Assembly: GCF_009914755.1 (NCBI RefSeq) | Contig: NC_060937.1 | From: the human T2T-CHM13v2.0 reference genome, Homo sapiens | Direction: 5' to 3' (one strand) | Length of the DNA stretch: 64,000 nucleotides | Shown here: positions 1 through 15,374 of the stretch, piece by piece | Layout of the letters: every line of letters begins with the position of its first letter | Numbering within the stretch: the first letter of the stretch is position 1 | The notes under the pieces: model-generated | What the model was told of the DNA's origin: nothing | Seen by the model: only the letters and a program-made list of their open reading frames with translations | The model's database searches: none | Position numbers and translations under genes: made by a program

Positions 1-960
1 ATCTTCCAGTCCTTTAAGTCATTTTTCCATTTGTGTAATCATATTTTAATTTTTAAAAATTCTTTTTGTTTTGGACATCAGAACACAGGTGGCACTTGTT
101 TCCTGAATAATTTATAGCCTCCTTTTTCTATTTTTAGATGTGATACTTTCTTATCTCTCTGAGGATATTTAAAATATAATTTAAAAGATTTTTTTTTTCT
201 CTATTGTCTTTGCCATGTTTAGGTTCTTGTTTCATTTTGACTACTTTGGTCCTCAGATTTTCTAGAGGCTTTTCTCCAATGTTTGGTGGCCTCTGGCTGC
301 AGTTGCTGTGTAAGGGTGAGTCACACAAAGGCTACTTGAAACTCCACAAATGGCCGGTGAGCCACGTTGCTAAGATCACCAACTTTCAGATGTGGAGGTG
401 TTTCTCTTGGGTCTCAGTGCACCGGGGAAAGGTGTACTTGGCTGCAGTATTCGGGGAGCTACTAAGGGAAGGGGACCCTGGGGCTCACACTTCTCTCTGC
501 AGATTTTCACTTATCTCTGGTGTACTGTACATCTCTGAGCTCAGAATCCTTCTTTCTTTCTGTCTCCAAGGTAATCTTGCCATTCTCTGCTGGAGCATGA
601 GAGGGGCAGTCACCTGGCCAAGAAGAGTTAGAGAGAGCATCTGGAGACCTCAGTGCTTCTTTCAACAGACATTACCAATATCTGTCAGTTGTTCGTATGC
701 TGCCCTACTTCCAGAGACTCCCGGTGCCTCGAATTCCTGGGGTTTTGGGTTACGGAATCTCTAGCTTCAGGACTTCCTCCTGCCAGCTTTGGTGTCAGCC
801 CTCCCCTCTTGTGTCAGTTATACCAGTCTCTTTGCTTCTGTCTCTCTCCTTCTCTCTCTTTATAGTTGTAGGGCTTCACCTTTGGCGCCCCTTTCTCGTC
901 ATTTGGTGGGATACAGGAGGCAGCGGCAGTACCTACATCAATTCCATCCATCAGATTTCT
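1..960 (-). mobile_element. Old L1/HAL1-type 5'/ORF1-region fragment, antisense; boundaries approximate
   Basis: T-rich strand with gatgtgatactttcttatctctctgaggatatt, resembling antisense L1M/HAL1 as I recall it; highly diverged. Confidence 0.4.
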
Positions 961-2411
961 GGAGGAACTAACTTACACTGAAATTCTCTTTCAAAAAAAC
1001 AAGACTCTTTGCTTTTGAGATCTTGAACAGTCGAGGGTAGGAAGTGGTGCTTTCTTTCTGGGTTCAAAAATTGGTGACCATGATTTTTTTTTCTTTTACA
1101 GAACAGTCAGTTAAACTGCTGCCTGCTGTACGTTGGGATATAGATGTTGTGCTTACCAAGGATGAAATATTAGGGAAATAGGGAAAATTTAGGACATGAA
1201 GTGTGCAGCTCCTCCATGAAGGCTTTGGTGATACCCTTCAAGAAAGAGAAAAGACTGAGCCAAGTGTGGTGTGTTTAAACAACAAAAACAACAAAACAAC
1301 AAAATGACACACAAGAACAATTAGTTTTGTTAAGAAAACAGTATTAAGTTGGCAAACTCATTGATGAAGAACAAACCCTCTTTGTCTGGAGCCTAAAATC
1401 GTTGTTGGTTGGTTTAAAAGGCAAATTCTCTCTCTAGAGCAAGCAGACACAGGGAGGTGGATTTTACACAGGAGATAAAATGGGGCCAAAAAAGAAAAAA
1501 TAGCCTGAGTTATCAGGATCTCTCATATTCTTCTCATGAAGCTTTTCCACCTGCAAGGTGATCAGGCCTGAGGGGAGAAGGTGCTTGAGGGGTGCTTCCT
1601 TGCCCAAGGCTATAGTTTCTAATTGCCTGAGAGCAGAAGCCACTAAAGTAAAAGCCAAGGGCAGGGCCCAGGAGCCTATGTCAGGGAGAGGAGCCCCCAG
1701 TATCAAAGACTATCAAGCGATCAAATAGACCAAGAGTTTATTAAGTAATTGAAGAACTGGATTGTTCTTCAGCCAGTGGATTATAGCCATGGCTGCCCAG
1801 CTCTTCAGACAATCCCTAGGCCTCCCCAGACCACCCCCATCAATTGGGAGTAACAGTGGGTTACTATCTTTATCCCAGTCTTGGAAAGAGGCTCTTGATC
1901 CTCATCTGTGTATCTATCTGTGGGCCCTGTGTGGATACAGAGGACAGTGGAAAAGGAAGGTGCTCTTTGTGGGTGTTAACCACAAGACTTTAGAAGGCAG
2001 ACGATCAAGAAATTATTTCCAGAAGGAGGTGGGGTTGGCAAGTTTGCTGATGAAGAGTTAACCTTCTTATTCAGAACAGAGAGTCCTGACTTTTTTGGTC
2101 CAGTTGCGTAAGGTGAACCAAGAAGCTCTGTGCAATGTTTTCCAGACTTTCCCCTTTTCTGAATTACTTTTTCATATTAATTTTTTAAATTGCCACTATG
2201 TTGTTTTATGGGCTATTATGTATTAGGTATGTTGGAAATAGTTTATCTTTTAGCCACATGTTGCTGAATCATAGGAAACTCTATCTGGACCTAAGAAATC
2301 AACAACATGTCACCCAGAGGTCCTGGACTTGGAACCAGTTGCAGGAACAAATACTATCTGTGGAAACAAAAAGCAACACAATCCAAAGGACACCTTACAT
2401 GGGAAGGACAT

Positions 2412-2643
2412 TTGGTGGTTGATTCAGAGCAGTGAGTTTGGAGATAGATGGGCCTCGCTCTGTCATTTACACTGCTCCCTTGAGCACATTAACTTCTCTC
2501 AGCTACATTTTCTTCAAATATGAAGGACGGATGATAATAATCCCTGTGACATAGGGTTGATGTGAAGAGTACAGAAGGCAGCATTTGAGAAGCACTTAGC
2601 AGAACGCCTGGCATAGAGGGGGCGTTTGATCAGTGGTAGCTGT
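2412..2643 (+). mobile_element. MIR SINE
   Basis: Diverged MIR core and 3' part: attaacttctctcagctacattttcttc...gataataat...atagggttgatgtgaag...agcacttagcagaacgcctggcatag. Confidence 0.75.
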
Positions 2644-4399
2644 GAGGACCCTGATTCTGATGGTGATCACACTATAGACACAGGTGCAGTGCCACACTAG
2701 GTGCCAAGACACTGAAGAACTGGAGGGACCTGCTCAGGTTTCCCAAGCATGCCACCAGCACTTCTCCCTGGGTGTCCTTTCATTTACATGTATGTTTCTC
2801 ATATCAAGCCCTACTCTGCCTGGGCATTGCCATGCGATTTATAGCGTTCCCATCTCAGGGCTTAACATACTATTCTATATAAGAGATGGTCAGTATGTTT
2901 TTTGAATGAATATCTATTTATCACTAATTCCATCCTTAAACCAATATTCACCCCAAAAATCTTCAACTGCCTTAGCTTCCAGTTTATTTTTTAGGGAAAT
3001 ATTGGATGTTTTATTCTCAGACATAATCACTAAACTAACAAAAAAAGTCATTGAAATTCAGTCTTTTCTGGTTGTACATGGAAAAATCAAGCATTTATTC
3101 CCAAGTAGTCTTCTACAGTGTTGGGAGGGAAGATGGCATACATTTGCTATGGAATAAAAATAATCTATAAAATATTCTTTATTTTATTTAGATCTGTCAC
3201 AGAATTTGGCCAGTTTTCAAATGGAGAAGAGAAAATGCCATGTATTGCTTTTAAAGACATTTACAGTGTTTCGAAGTGGTATAAAATATGAATATTGTTA
3301 ATTTTTACCTCTTCAATGTGTAGATTAAAACAATCAAATAAAGACTTACTCCAATTTTTAAAAAATATGTTAAACTTGAGGCATACTTTTTGACTATTAT
3401 TGGGAGGGGCTCGTATTTCATTTTGGAGAAGGACTAATTTTTCTTCACATTGAGCAACCTTGAACCACATCAGTCTTAAAAGGAAGCAATTTATAAATAT
3501 ATGTGCATACATATATGTGGACAGTTTTGAACATATCTGGTGCAGCCCATATATAAATCAATAATTTTTTGTAAATTATATTACATACAAATTCCTTATA
3601 GTGAAGGGCCCACTCTAACAAATTCCCTATGTGATGCTTTTCAAACTAGAATATTCTCACCCTGGGGATCTACAGTAATGTGCCCACAGGTGTTGTGAGG
3701 CCCTAGGGTGAATATGACATGTGACATAACTACCTGGGGTGTCCACTTAAGTGGAAATTTTGTTTTGAAAAGATATGGAGGGGGAGAAATGGAGATCGAT
3801 GGGCTCTTTTAGGTTTCTCTTAGATGGAATTAAAACATTTTTATAACAAAACATAGGAAATTGGGTAAAAATTCTTATGGACTGTTTAAAAATGGAAACT
3901 TTGAGAATATGTCTCACTTGCTAAAAGTAGGACTCCCAAACTCCATGGGATGCATTTTCATTCTTCTCTACCACTAGTGTTAAATTTTCAAATAAACTTT
4001 ACTATAAAGAGTTATTTAGTGTGCCTATTGTAATTTACATATTTAGCAGTGATTTTAAGTGTACATATCTTCAGTGGATGGAGTATATTCTAAGTGAGGT
4101 CCCAGATGAATGTCCTGAAATTGAACATATCTGTGTGTACTTTTCTATTTGTTATCTTCTCTCCACCACTGAACCTCTTTTCTCCCCCTCCACAAAAAAA
4201 AAAGTTCATTATTTTCATCACAACAATAAAGGGATCTATGATAAAAATAATATTTAGAACTCATTGATTTAAATTTTTCTTTAAATTTTGTCATTCACAG
4301 TTTGAGGTATCTATGGGCAAATCATTCCTTTTCATATTTGGACATTTATGATTTGAGACTCAATGTCAGTTTGTGTTTCTTTGCATATCATTTGTTATA

Positions 4400-4535
4400 T
4401 TTATTTGTCTATCATATCTACTTCCTCTAGACTGAGTTCCATGAAGGGTAAAATACATGACTATTTTATTCAGCTTTAAAGCCTAGGTATCTAATACTAT
4501 GCCTGGCTCAATCATATGTGTTGGGAGTTGAGCTG
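4400..4535 (+). mobile_element. L2 3' end
   Basis: ctagactgagttccatgaaggg...tatctaatactatgcctggctcaat matches the L2 3' terminus. Confidence 0.6.
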
Positions 4536-5283
4536 AATCCCAAAACACATTCATAGAGTTCCCCCGAAGCATCGCCCTTGTAGCCAACAGAACATTCTGT
4601 CGCACATTTGTTTGAACTTAAATGAGTCAATTATCATGTTTACTTGCTAATGTCATCCTATCAATTGTGTTTTAGAGTGGGATATTTTGAAGAATAGCTT
4701 CTCCTTAACAAGACAGAATCCAGACAAAGCAATAATCTGTCTTTACTCAACCCAGACCTAATATGTTAATTCTGATTTAATTTAATTTTCTTTGGCTCAT
4801 GGCACTGAAATTTTCAAATGGTTCATTTGGTGCTTAATTATCAGCTAAAAATTTCACCCTGTCTAGAGGGAAGCCACGCTGTGTCAAGTGCAGATCATTT
4901 ATCTCCACACATTTCTGGTCTTCTCACTGTTGTTAGGCTTTGTGTTATTCAAGAAGAAATGTTTCCATCTGTGACTCATTTGGAGATAGCAGATATATTT
5001 TAGAAGTTATATATCTTAGCCCTAACCATTGCAGGTCTAAATGCTGTGTCTTGCAACTTCATGTCTGTATTCTGTCCTCAATTTTGTACTGCTTCTCTGT
5101 TCTCTTAAAGGGTCTTGGCATAACAGCCAAACTAGCTGTGGTGTCATGGATACTTTCCTTTCATCGGAAGGGAATTGCATACTAATAGGAGTTTCTGATT
5201 CTTCAGCATCAGTGACAACCAGACTCATTAGTCTATGCTTTTTCTGCCAGAGCACTTGCTATCTTGCTACCCTTTATCCCTCC

Positions 5284-6150
<867 letters not shown>

Positions 6151-7722
6151 TCGTTATTACAGTATCTTTACTTGTCTCTTTATCTTATTTATTTTAACCT
6201 TATTTAACATATACCTATATGGTGTATATTATATAGGTGTGTATACGTAGGTGTCAGAATAAGCTCTTAAAAATGTTAACACTTTAATATTCCTAAGAAC
6301 TCTATAAGGTTGCCCTATGAAAGGATCTACTTCTAGGTCCCAGAGAAAATAGTAATTTGTCTAATTATTCAATAATCAATACAATCCTTTCTTATTCATA
6401 AATTTCACTTATGACTGAAATAAACTAATACAACTATAGAAATAACATGTGAGGAAGGGGATGCTTGTATATCTTCTGTGAGATAAGTATAGTTGTCTTC
6501 ATTTCCAAGATTGAGTCTCAAAATGTAGACTTGCCCAAGGCCAGACAGTTTGTAGCTGATGGTCAAAACGCCAAACTTACAATCTTTGTATCATATGATA
6601 GTATCTTGACCTTATATTTATAGGTTTGATTATGCATTGCTGCTGCTCTTTCTCTTTGCTACTGATTGGTCATTTTTTGAACCTAGTGAGTGGGCATATT
6701 GCATTTTGGTGTGTGTTTATTAAATTTATCCTCTCTCCTGTGGTGGTTAGTGGTACACACTGACCCTGAACTGTCCTCTATTACAAAGAAGCGTTTGGTT
6801 TGTATTTCACTTCCTTCATTTGATGTTCCTTTCATGCTGGCTGTTTCTGTTTAATGAAGGTCATTGCTTGTGAACAATGTTGTTGTTCAGGAATACTATC
6901 CTAGGAATCACTGTGATGAACCTGCTGATTGAGGTATTATACGAATGCCTGTTTTGCTCATAGATAGATGAGAAATCTTATGACATGATCTTGTAGCTTT
7001 CTCTCTTATTATTTGCTTGTCCATGTGTAAATAATGACAGAATAGGGAATTCTTTTTCAATTGTGTGAGGATCAGATTTGAATAAAAGTAATAGAGCATG
7101 ATCATATTTCCCAGTAAAATTATCTTCAGGTTTCATATGGAAGAAGCATTTGGGTTAGTAATAATCTTGGCCCACAGCACTGATTAAGGCAGCATTTGAG
7201 AAACATCCTAGAATGAGGGATGCTAGAGACATTTTGTCCTTGTTTTGTTTTAGAGATACATTTGCATTGAATTAGGCAGGCTTCAGGAGGATTCTTCCTT
7301 AGAGTGAGCTCATAGTGCCTGTTTTTCATAAGGCTATCATCAATCCCTGAGAAGTACAATTGCTTAGAAAACAAAATACAGCCTCTAGCAATTTACCTGA
7401 AATATTCTTATTTATATTGTTGTTTCAGGGCTTTGTTATTATCAGGCTAGACAGCTTTTTTCTAAAGCGTGTTTGTCTTAGTGACTGGATTAATTTTTAG
7501 GTGTGTGTGCATATATCTAGTGCCCGGTATTATTTATTAGAACTGTATGAAGATGTTATGTTGCTAATGGATTCCAAAAACCAGTAGATGTGAAAGGATT
7601 CTATTTGTCTTGTAGAATCCATTTACTCCCCACTCATATCTACCATTTACATTTTCTACTGTGTCCTTCACATGTACTAGGGGACAATATCATACCACAT
7701 TGTTTGTGGGTATCCTCTGTGG

Positions 7723-8294
7723 CAGCAATCCCCAACCTATTTGGCACCAGGGACCAGTTTTGTGGAAGACAACTTTTCCACGGATTGGGTTGGGTGGGGA
7801 TGGTTTTGAGATGAAACTGTTCTACCTCAGATCATCAGGCATTAGATCAGAGGTGTCCAATATTTTGGCTTCCCTGGACCACATTGGAAGAAGAAAAATT
7901 GTCTTGGGCCACACATAAAATACACTAACATGAATGATATCTAATGAGCTAAAAAATATAATCACCAAAAAAATCTCATAATATCTTAAGAAAGTTTATG
8001 AATCTGTGTTGAGCCACATTCAAAGCTGTCCTGGGCTGCAGGTGGCCCATGGGCCACAGGTTGGACAAGCTTGCATTAGATTCTCATAAGGAGCACGCAG
8101 CCTAGATCCCTAACATGTGCAGTTCACAATAGTTTTCACACTCCTGTGATAATCTAGTGCTGTTGCTGATCTGACAGGAGGCAGAGCTCAGGTGGTAATG
8201 CGCTCTTGCCTGCTGCTCACCTCCTGCTGTGCAGCCCAGTCCCTAACAGGCCATGGATCAGTACGGTCCATGGCCCAGGTGTTGGGGACCCCTG
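7723..8294 (-). mobile_element. MER1B hAT-Charlie MITE interrupted by MER30
   Basis: TIR-like ends cagcaatccccaac...gttggggacccctg; internal gcattagattctcataaggagc. Confidence 0.9.
7848..8073 (+). mobile_element. MER30 hAT MITE nested in MER1B
   Basis: cagaggtgtccaatattttggcttccctgg...ggttggacaagcttg; perfect 8-bp TSD CATTAGAT at 7840-7847 and 8074-8081. Confidence 0.92.
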
Positions 8295-8401
8295 CTTTAT
8301 TGAGAGAGTAAAGTATATCTGATTACTTATCTATGTTAAGTTATCTATTGGAACTAGTTGTGTTTGTGATTGTATTAAATATTACTTAAAATAACAAAGC
8401 T

Positions 8402-8710
<309 letters not shown>

Positions 8711-8839
8711 AACAAAGCCAGAAAAACAGGTATATAATCTCGTGTTTGTATATTCCTGCTAGAGAATTGGAAATGTGCTAAAACTTGGGCATGTTTTACA
8801 CTGACTGAGACACACTAATGGTGGCCCATGAAACTGGCC

Positions 8840-9364
8840 TGTAAGGCAGACTGTCTCACAGATGGCGCCCAGAGATTCCAGCCCCTGGGGTTAATGATCT
8901 TGTGTGATCCTTTCCCCTTGAGTAACTTTCTTCTAGTATAGAATATGGTAGCATTGAGAGGATGTCACTTCCATGATTAGGTTACAAGAAATCATGACTG
9001 CTATCATGCTGGCTGACTTTATAGCCTTCTTTGCTTGCATGCTTTGATGAATCAAGCTGTCATGTTGGAGAGGTCCCCATGGCAAATAATGGAGAGCAGC
9101 CTCCAGCCAACAGCCAGTGAGAAGCCGAATCCTGCAAATAACTACATAGGCAGGGCGCGGGTCTTTCCTTGGTTGAGGCTACAGATAAGACTGGAGCTTT
9201 GGCTGCCACCTTCATTGCAGCTTGTGAGAGACCCTGAAGCAAAGGGCCCAGATAAGCTGTGCCTGGATTCCTGATCCACAGAAACTATGAGATAATAAGC
9301 CGGAACTGTTTCAAGCTGCTAAGTTTTATGATAATGTGCTACACAGAAATAGATAATGGATGCA
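8840..9364 (+). mobile_element. MLT1 (F-like) MaLR solo LTR
   Basis: gatgtcacttccatgattaggttac, gcagcttgtgagagaccctgaagc, ttcctgatccacagaaactatgagataataa. Confidence 0.85.
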
Positions 9365-10029
9365 GCCTGCTTTCCTGAATTTGTTTGCCAAAGCATCCAT
9401 TCTGTCATGAAACATATGGAGTTGCCAACAAAAGCACGTTATGGTTGACCATTCATCCCAACCACTTTTATGCCTCATTCTGGTCTTTTGCTGCCTCTTT
9501 TAAGACCCAGGCTTGATGAAATTATCATTATTTCCTCAGTCATTGTTCAGAAAATTGAATTTTGTAAATGAAACCTGGGTGAAAGCGCCCTTGTGTGCTT
9601 ATTCCAACGTTGCTGTTTGGGGGAATTTTTAAATTTTATACTGCAGGACCACCTAATATTTGAAATATATAATAAATTCCTTCTTTATGACTCAACCATG
9701 GTTAACATTAATAGAAATTAATGATATAATCAGAAAAGATGTTGGGCAGTGATGCCACATTGTTTTTGGCCTTATAATTCAGAGGAACAGAACATATAAT
9801 ACATGGTCTGTGCTTGGGAAAAATTCCACTCTATCCTCAGCTCCCTTTTGCTATATCTTTCTTTTCTCAATCACCTATTGGATCCCAGTCGAATGATACT
9901 CTCCAGGTACTTATCTGACTTCCCCTCTTCACTCCACCCCTTTCACTATAACTGGGCTGAGTACGCCGCTCTGTGCTTTCATTCCAGAGCACTTCTACTG
10001 TAGAGTTGTTGTTTAATTCTTGACATTTC

Positions 10030-10160
10030 CCAGTAGGCTTCAGGCCAATTAAAGCAAGGAACATAAATCTCTTATTCATCCTATATCTCTAGCACCTAGC
10101 ACACTCTTTGGCATAGAGTAAACACTCAGTAAATATTTGGTGAAGAAATATTTTTTGAAT
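10030..10160 (+). mobile_element. L2 3' end
   Basis: tctctagcacctagcacactctttggcatagagtaaacactcagtaaatatttggtgaa. Confidence 0.7.
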
Positions 10161-13100
10161 AAATTTAAATGTCAACACTATGCAATCAGAGAGTTCTTAC
10201 CAATGGAATCAGAAAAAATATGGGAAGAGGTACTTGCCCTAGCAAAGCTGCATGGAAAGAAAGAAAGCTAAGACTTTCTTTTCTGCATATTAAAGCAGCA
10301 CTTGACTGGAAAATTCAAGGATGTCAACTGAAAGAAACTAATACAACTATAGATTCTGCAAGAGTGAAGGCCATCTTGGAAGGTGTAACATTCAAAATTC
10401 ATTAGAGTCAAGTTGAGGACCTATTATTGTAGTTCCAATTACTCCTCATCAGGAGGTGTTGGCTATTCACATAACACTGAAAGCTGTGGGTTGTGTCGTA
10501 TTTAGAGGGTCTGAGGGAAGGTGCCTCAAAGTACTTCAGTGTCTGAAATAGTACTAATCAGTGACTAACCATGTAAGATGAAACTTAGCTTTGCGACATA
10601 AATGGCAAATATGCTTTCAATAGCATTGTTTTTTCCAAATAACTATTTAAGATTACTGAAACCAACATGTGTACTTGTGTATTCATTGAAAAACTGTTAA
10701 ATGTTGTGTTGTAAAGGTGCCCTCACAGAGGTACTTGAGCTTGTTTTTACAAGGACTGCAGGCATCTATTTTGCCACTCAGAGAGCTAGCATCCAAGGCA
10801 GTTGGAATAGCCCGGCTTCAGAGAGGTCTCAACTCATTTCCCAAGGCACACTTAAAAGGTGTGGGCACATCTTGGAGCAGCCAATCTCTTTTCATCTGCA
10901 TCTCTTTAGTTCACACATGATCTTGAAGGTTGTACTTTTTGCTCAAAGAGGAGCAGGTGAAGAAAAGCCTGATAACTAACCATGTCCTTAGTCACATGTG
11001 GCAGCTGAGTTTTACTAATCACATCACCAATAAAAGTCAGGGATGTTTTGAGTGCAGACAACCAATAGGGAAAGAGATTTAAAAAGTTTAGGGGTTACAA
11101 AATTAAAATTTCATGCCAATTTGTATCCTGGAACACTGTTTTTGTCTAACTAGTGATACCCTAAATGTGATACTTCCTATAAAGAGGAATTTGTAAACCT
11201 CAATGAAAGATTTGATTTCACATACAATCCAATGTTTGACTCTAATTCTTTTCTGAATTGCAATAATGATAAAGTAGTAGTGCAATTTTCAGTTAACATT
11301 TTTGGATTAGTGGAGATTGGTCTGCTAAGTTAAGGTTAAAAAGCAAAACAACTTGTTCTGAAGTTTTTAGCTTTTCTCCATAATTTCAAATAAGCACATC
11401 AAGAGTTTCTTTTCTGCAGTATTTTTTTTTGTGTGTTTGTGTGTTCTACATTATATTCTTCTTAAGAAAGTGATTGTGTGGTTCTTTTTTATTAGTTTGT
11501 TTTGGAATCATATTGTTCTTTGTTTATTTCTCTCTCTTTCCAAACAATTCTCTCCAAAAGTGCTGCGTCACATTTTCAAAAATTGAAATAGAATGTCACA
11601 ACACCTTCTGAGAAAGGAAACATCCAGGGATATAATACTTCAACCTCATGAAGATTCAGAGTATAGGGATTCACTTCGCTTCTGAAAGTGTATTAATGGT
11701 ATAGCTTAATGCAAGTTTTAGCTTGCCAGTGATGTTTCCTTATAGCATGTTTATCTTTCAAACTTGTATTTTTGGACTTTATTGCAACATAAGACAAAAA
11801 TTTAAACTGCTTTGTTCATTTCAGTTCAGCAGAATTAAAAGAGGAAGAGAAAAATTTTACAAAGGAAATATGATTGAATTGTTAATGCCATATGACCTCA
11901 ATATGTTTGGTAAGCAAAGATTAAGGAGAATCTATTCATATAAAAAGCAAATAATGTTGGTGTAAATGTTGACTGCAGTTCTTATCAGGAATAAAGGAAA
12001 TTAACAAAGTATTTATTTCCAAGGAAATCATCTAACTCCAGTTCAGGTGGTATCTGAAGTAAAGATGAAACTCTGTCTTTCATTACTAAGTCATTGGAAC
12101 AATCTTCAGCAGAAGCTATGCTTCTGAAGGGCATAGCTGGGTATTAGAACAGAGTATTTTGCTGAGTCCTAAGTGTGTAGACTCCAAATCTGCAGAGTTC
12201 CAACAATCATGAAATTTCCTTGCCCAGATTGCATAGTCTGCCTTGTTTCTGCTATTATTCATGTAAATTCTGTAGCTACATTAAGCCAGGCTACTGAAAT
12301 TAGTATTGAAATAAATCCAATTTTCCACATCTATTGTTTTTCATCATGCTCACAACAGATGTTAAGACTTGAAAGGGTTTGAGCTGAACATGTCTGTGGT
12401 TCCAAGTTAAGAACAGAAATAGCCAGCTTACATGTTATCGTCATGGTCTGTACTCTTGCAAATCCCATAATGTTTGGTGTGAGATGACTCTGCTAATGTT
12501 GCTCAAACCTGCTCATAAATCTGGCATTGTGATCAGTCACTTTGAAAAGTCTTGGCATAACATTTGTCTGTAAAGCATAGAAAAGGGTCTTCTCAAGCAT
12601 AAATAGCATTTATATGCAAGATATGTTTCCAGAATTAGAATCTATAAAATGTGGGGGTCTCTAACTCTAATCTTATATGTTCATTTTGCCTGCAGTATAA
12701 GGCGCTAGATGTTCTTCTGTTAGACATAGATAAGGAAAAAATTGACACTGAACAACTGTAGGAAATAATGATCCTTTTACTTTACCTAGTTGTTATTTTG
12801 GCTTTCTTTCCTCCACATGGATATAATAACGAAATTGAAAATCCTTGGAGGGTGTTTTAACACCTGCTAGTGTATTTCCTTAGTGCAGCACAATGAAGAG
12901 ACAGGGTTTGCAAGCTTCCAACATTATTAAAAATCAATTTATCAGTTACAGTGTAGCTTTCTTATTTTCCCAGGTCTCAAAAATGCTCCCCATTGCTTCC
13001 TGTCCATCCAATTTCATTTTGAAAATTGTTTCTTAACTTAAATATTTCAGAAATTGCATTTCTTTTGAAAGTTATTAAAAGGAAAATTATTTGGGAAGAC

Positions 13101-13433
13101 TTTTTTCCCTAAGCAATGTTAAGACATTATTCCCTTTTAACTTTAACCTTTTTCATTGAGAACCATGTTTTTATCTATTTCTGTAGTTCTAATTTCCACT
13201 TCCCATGGTTTAGAGAAATAATTAATTATATTGGTTAAAGGTCATGTAGCATTAAGGATAATAAATGAAAGATAATAAACTATGACAACTGCCATCTCTT
13301 ACATTTTTAGTCATATTATTAAGAACCTGAAAGCAAGGTTTAATTTGTTATAATTCAAAAATTAGAGGTTATGAGGTTATAAAATAAAAATGTTATTTAT
13401 TTCAACTTCCCCAAACTGGGGAAGGTGGCAGTC

Positions 13434-13784
<351 letters not shown>

Positions 13785-14273
13785 TGATGGTCTATAATGT
13801 CTTCTACCGTAATATATTTTTAGAGGTAATATTTACTACTTCAGCCAGTGAAATTTACAAAGGAGAAAGAAATAGCTATAAAATGGAAAATAGAAGGTGA
13901 AATTATTATTTGCATATGGTATGATTGCCCATCTGAAAAATGCAAAACAATCAGTGTAGCTTCTAGCAAAAAGAATTTAGCAAGTTGGCTGGATATGAAA
14001 TTAACAGAAAATTAACAGTATTAAATTGATAATATCAATATAATTTAGAGAATAAAATGGAAGGAAATAGAACAGCAACACAAATAATAAGGGAAGTTAT
14101 GCTAGACCTAGGTGAACAAGATTTAAAGTATCTACTAATTTTAAAAAGTCTTGAATCAATGGAAAGACAGAAGTTCTACTTAGGTAGAAATATTCAATAA
14201 TATGAGGAGGTCCATTCTATGTAAATGAGTCTTTAAACTCAATGCCTTTCTAATAAAATTGCCAATAGGAAGG

Positions 14274-14794
14274 TGTATTTGTTATATATTGTTGTATAAC
14301 AAATTAACCCAAATTCGATGACTTAAAACAACAATTTATCTTTGCTATTTCACATAGTTTCTGTGTGTCAGGAATTTGCGAACAGTTTTGTTGGATGGTT
14401 CTGGGTTGGAATCTCTCTTGAGTTTGCAGTCATGCCTGCTATCATTTGAAGTCTTGATGTGAACTGGAAGATTCACTTCCAAGATGGTTCATCCACATGG
14501 TGATGATCATTGGCAGTAGGTGTCAGTTCCTTCCCTGTGGGCCTTTCCAGAGGCCACTCAAGTGTCTTTACAGCATGGCAGCTGGCTTCCCCAGAGCACG
14601 CGATCCAAGGGACACGGCGCAGTGGAAGCAGAAGGGTCTTCTATGGCCTAGTTTTGAATGCCACACATAATCATTTTCATAATATCCTGTTGGTTACACA
14701 GGCCAGTCCTAGTTAATGTGAGAGGAGACTGCCCAAGGACATGACTTCTAGGAGTCATAGGTCATTAGTGACCATCTTGGAGGCTGCTACCATA
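14274..14794 (-). mobile_element. MLT1 (G/H-like) solo LTR inserted in L1
   Basis: tgtatttgttatatattgttgtataac start; perfect 5-bp TSD GAAGG at 14269-14273 and 14795-14799. Confidence 0.85.
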
Positions 14795-14884
14795 GAAGGT
14801 TTAAAAATTGGGAAATCAGTCCCAATGTTTATAACAGAAAAACAAATATCTGAGAATAGCCAGAAAATGTTCTAGAAAGAAAAA

Positions 14885-15115
14885 GCTAACATTTATTAAA
14901 CACGTAGTCTTTACCAGGCATAATTATAAGCATTCTGTACAAATTATATCAGTTATGCCTCCTGACACCTCTGTGAAGTAGTTATTATTGTCCCATTACA
15001 GGTGGGAATTGGGGACACAGAGAGATTTAAATAACTTCTCCAAGGTCCCACATTAAGTGGCAGAGCCAGGACTTGAACCCAGGCTGTGTGGCTCTACAGC
15101 ACAAATCCTTAACTC
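14885..15115 (-). mobile_element. MIR SINE
   Basis: taacttctccaaggtcccaca...gtggcagagccaggacttgaacccagg. Confidence 0.85.
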
Positions 15116-15151
15116 TAAGTGGAAAGAGGGTTGAGTGTTTACTAGAGCTAG

Positions 15152-15374
<223 letters not shown>

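Noticed and set aside
204-764. Longest ORF in the track (186 aa)
   Set aside because: Non-ATG start, lies in an apparent antisense L1-type remnant, and has no recognisable domain.
1085-1270. Strong acceptor ttttttttcttttacag at 1101
   Set aside because: No convincing donor downstream, so no exon can be defined.
3630-4310. Possible old hAT-Charlie fragments
   Set aside because: Only faint terminal similarity; not assignable.
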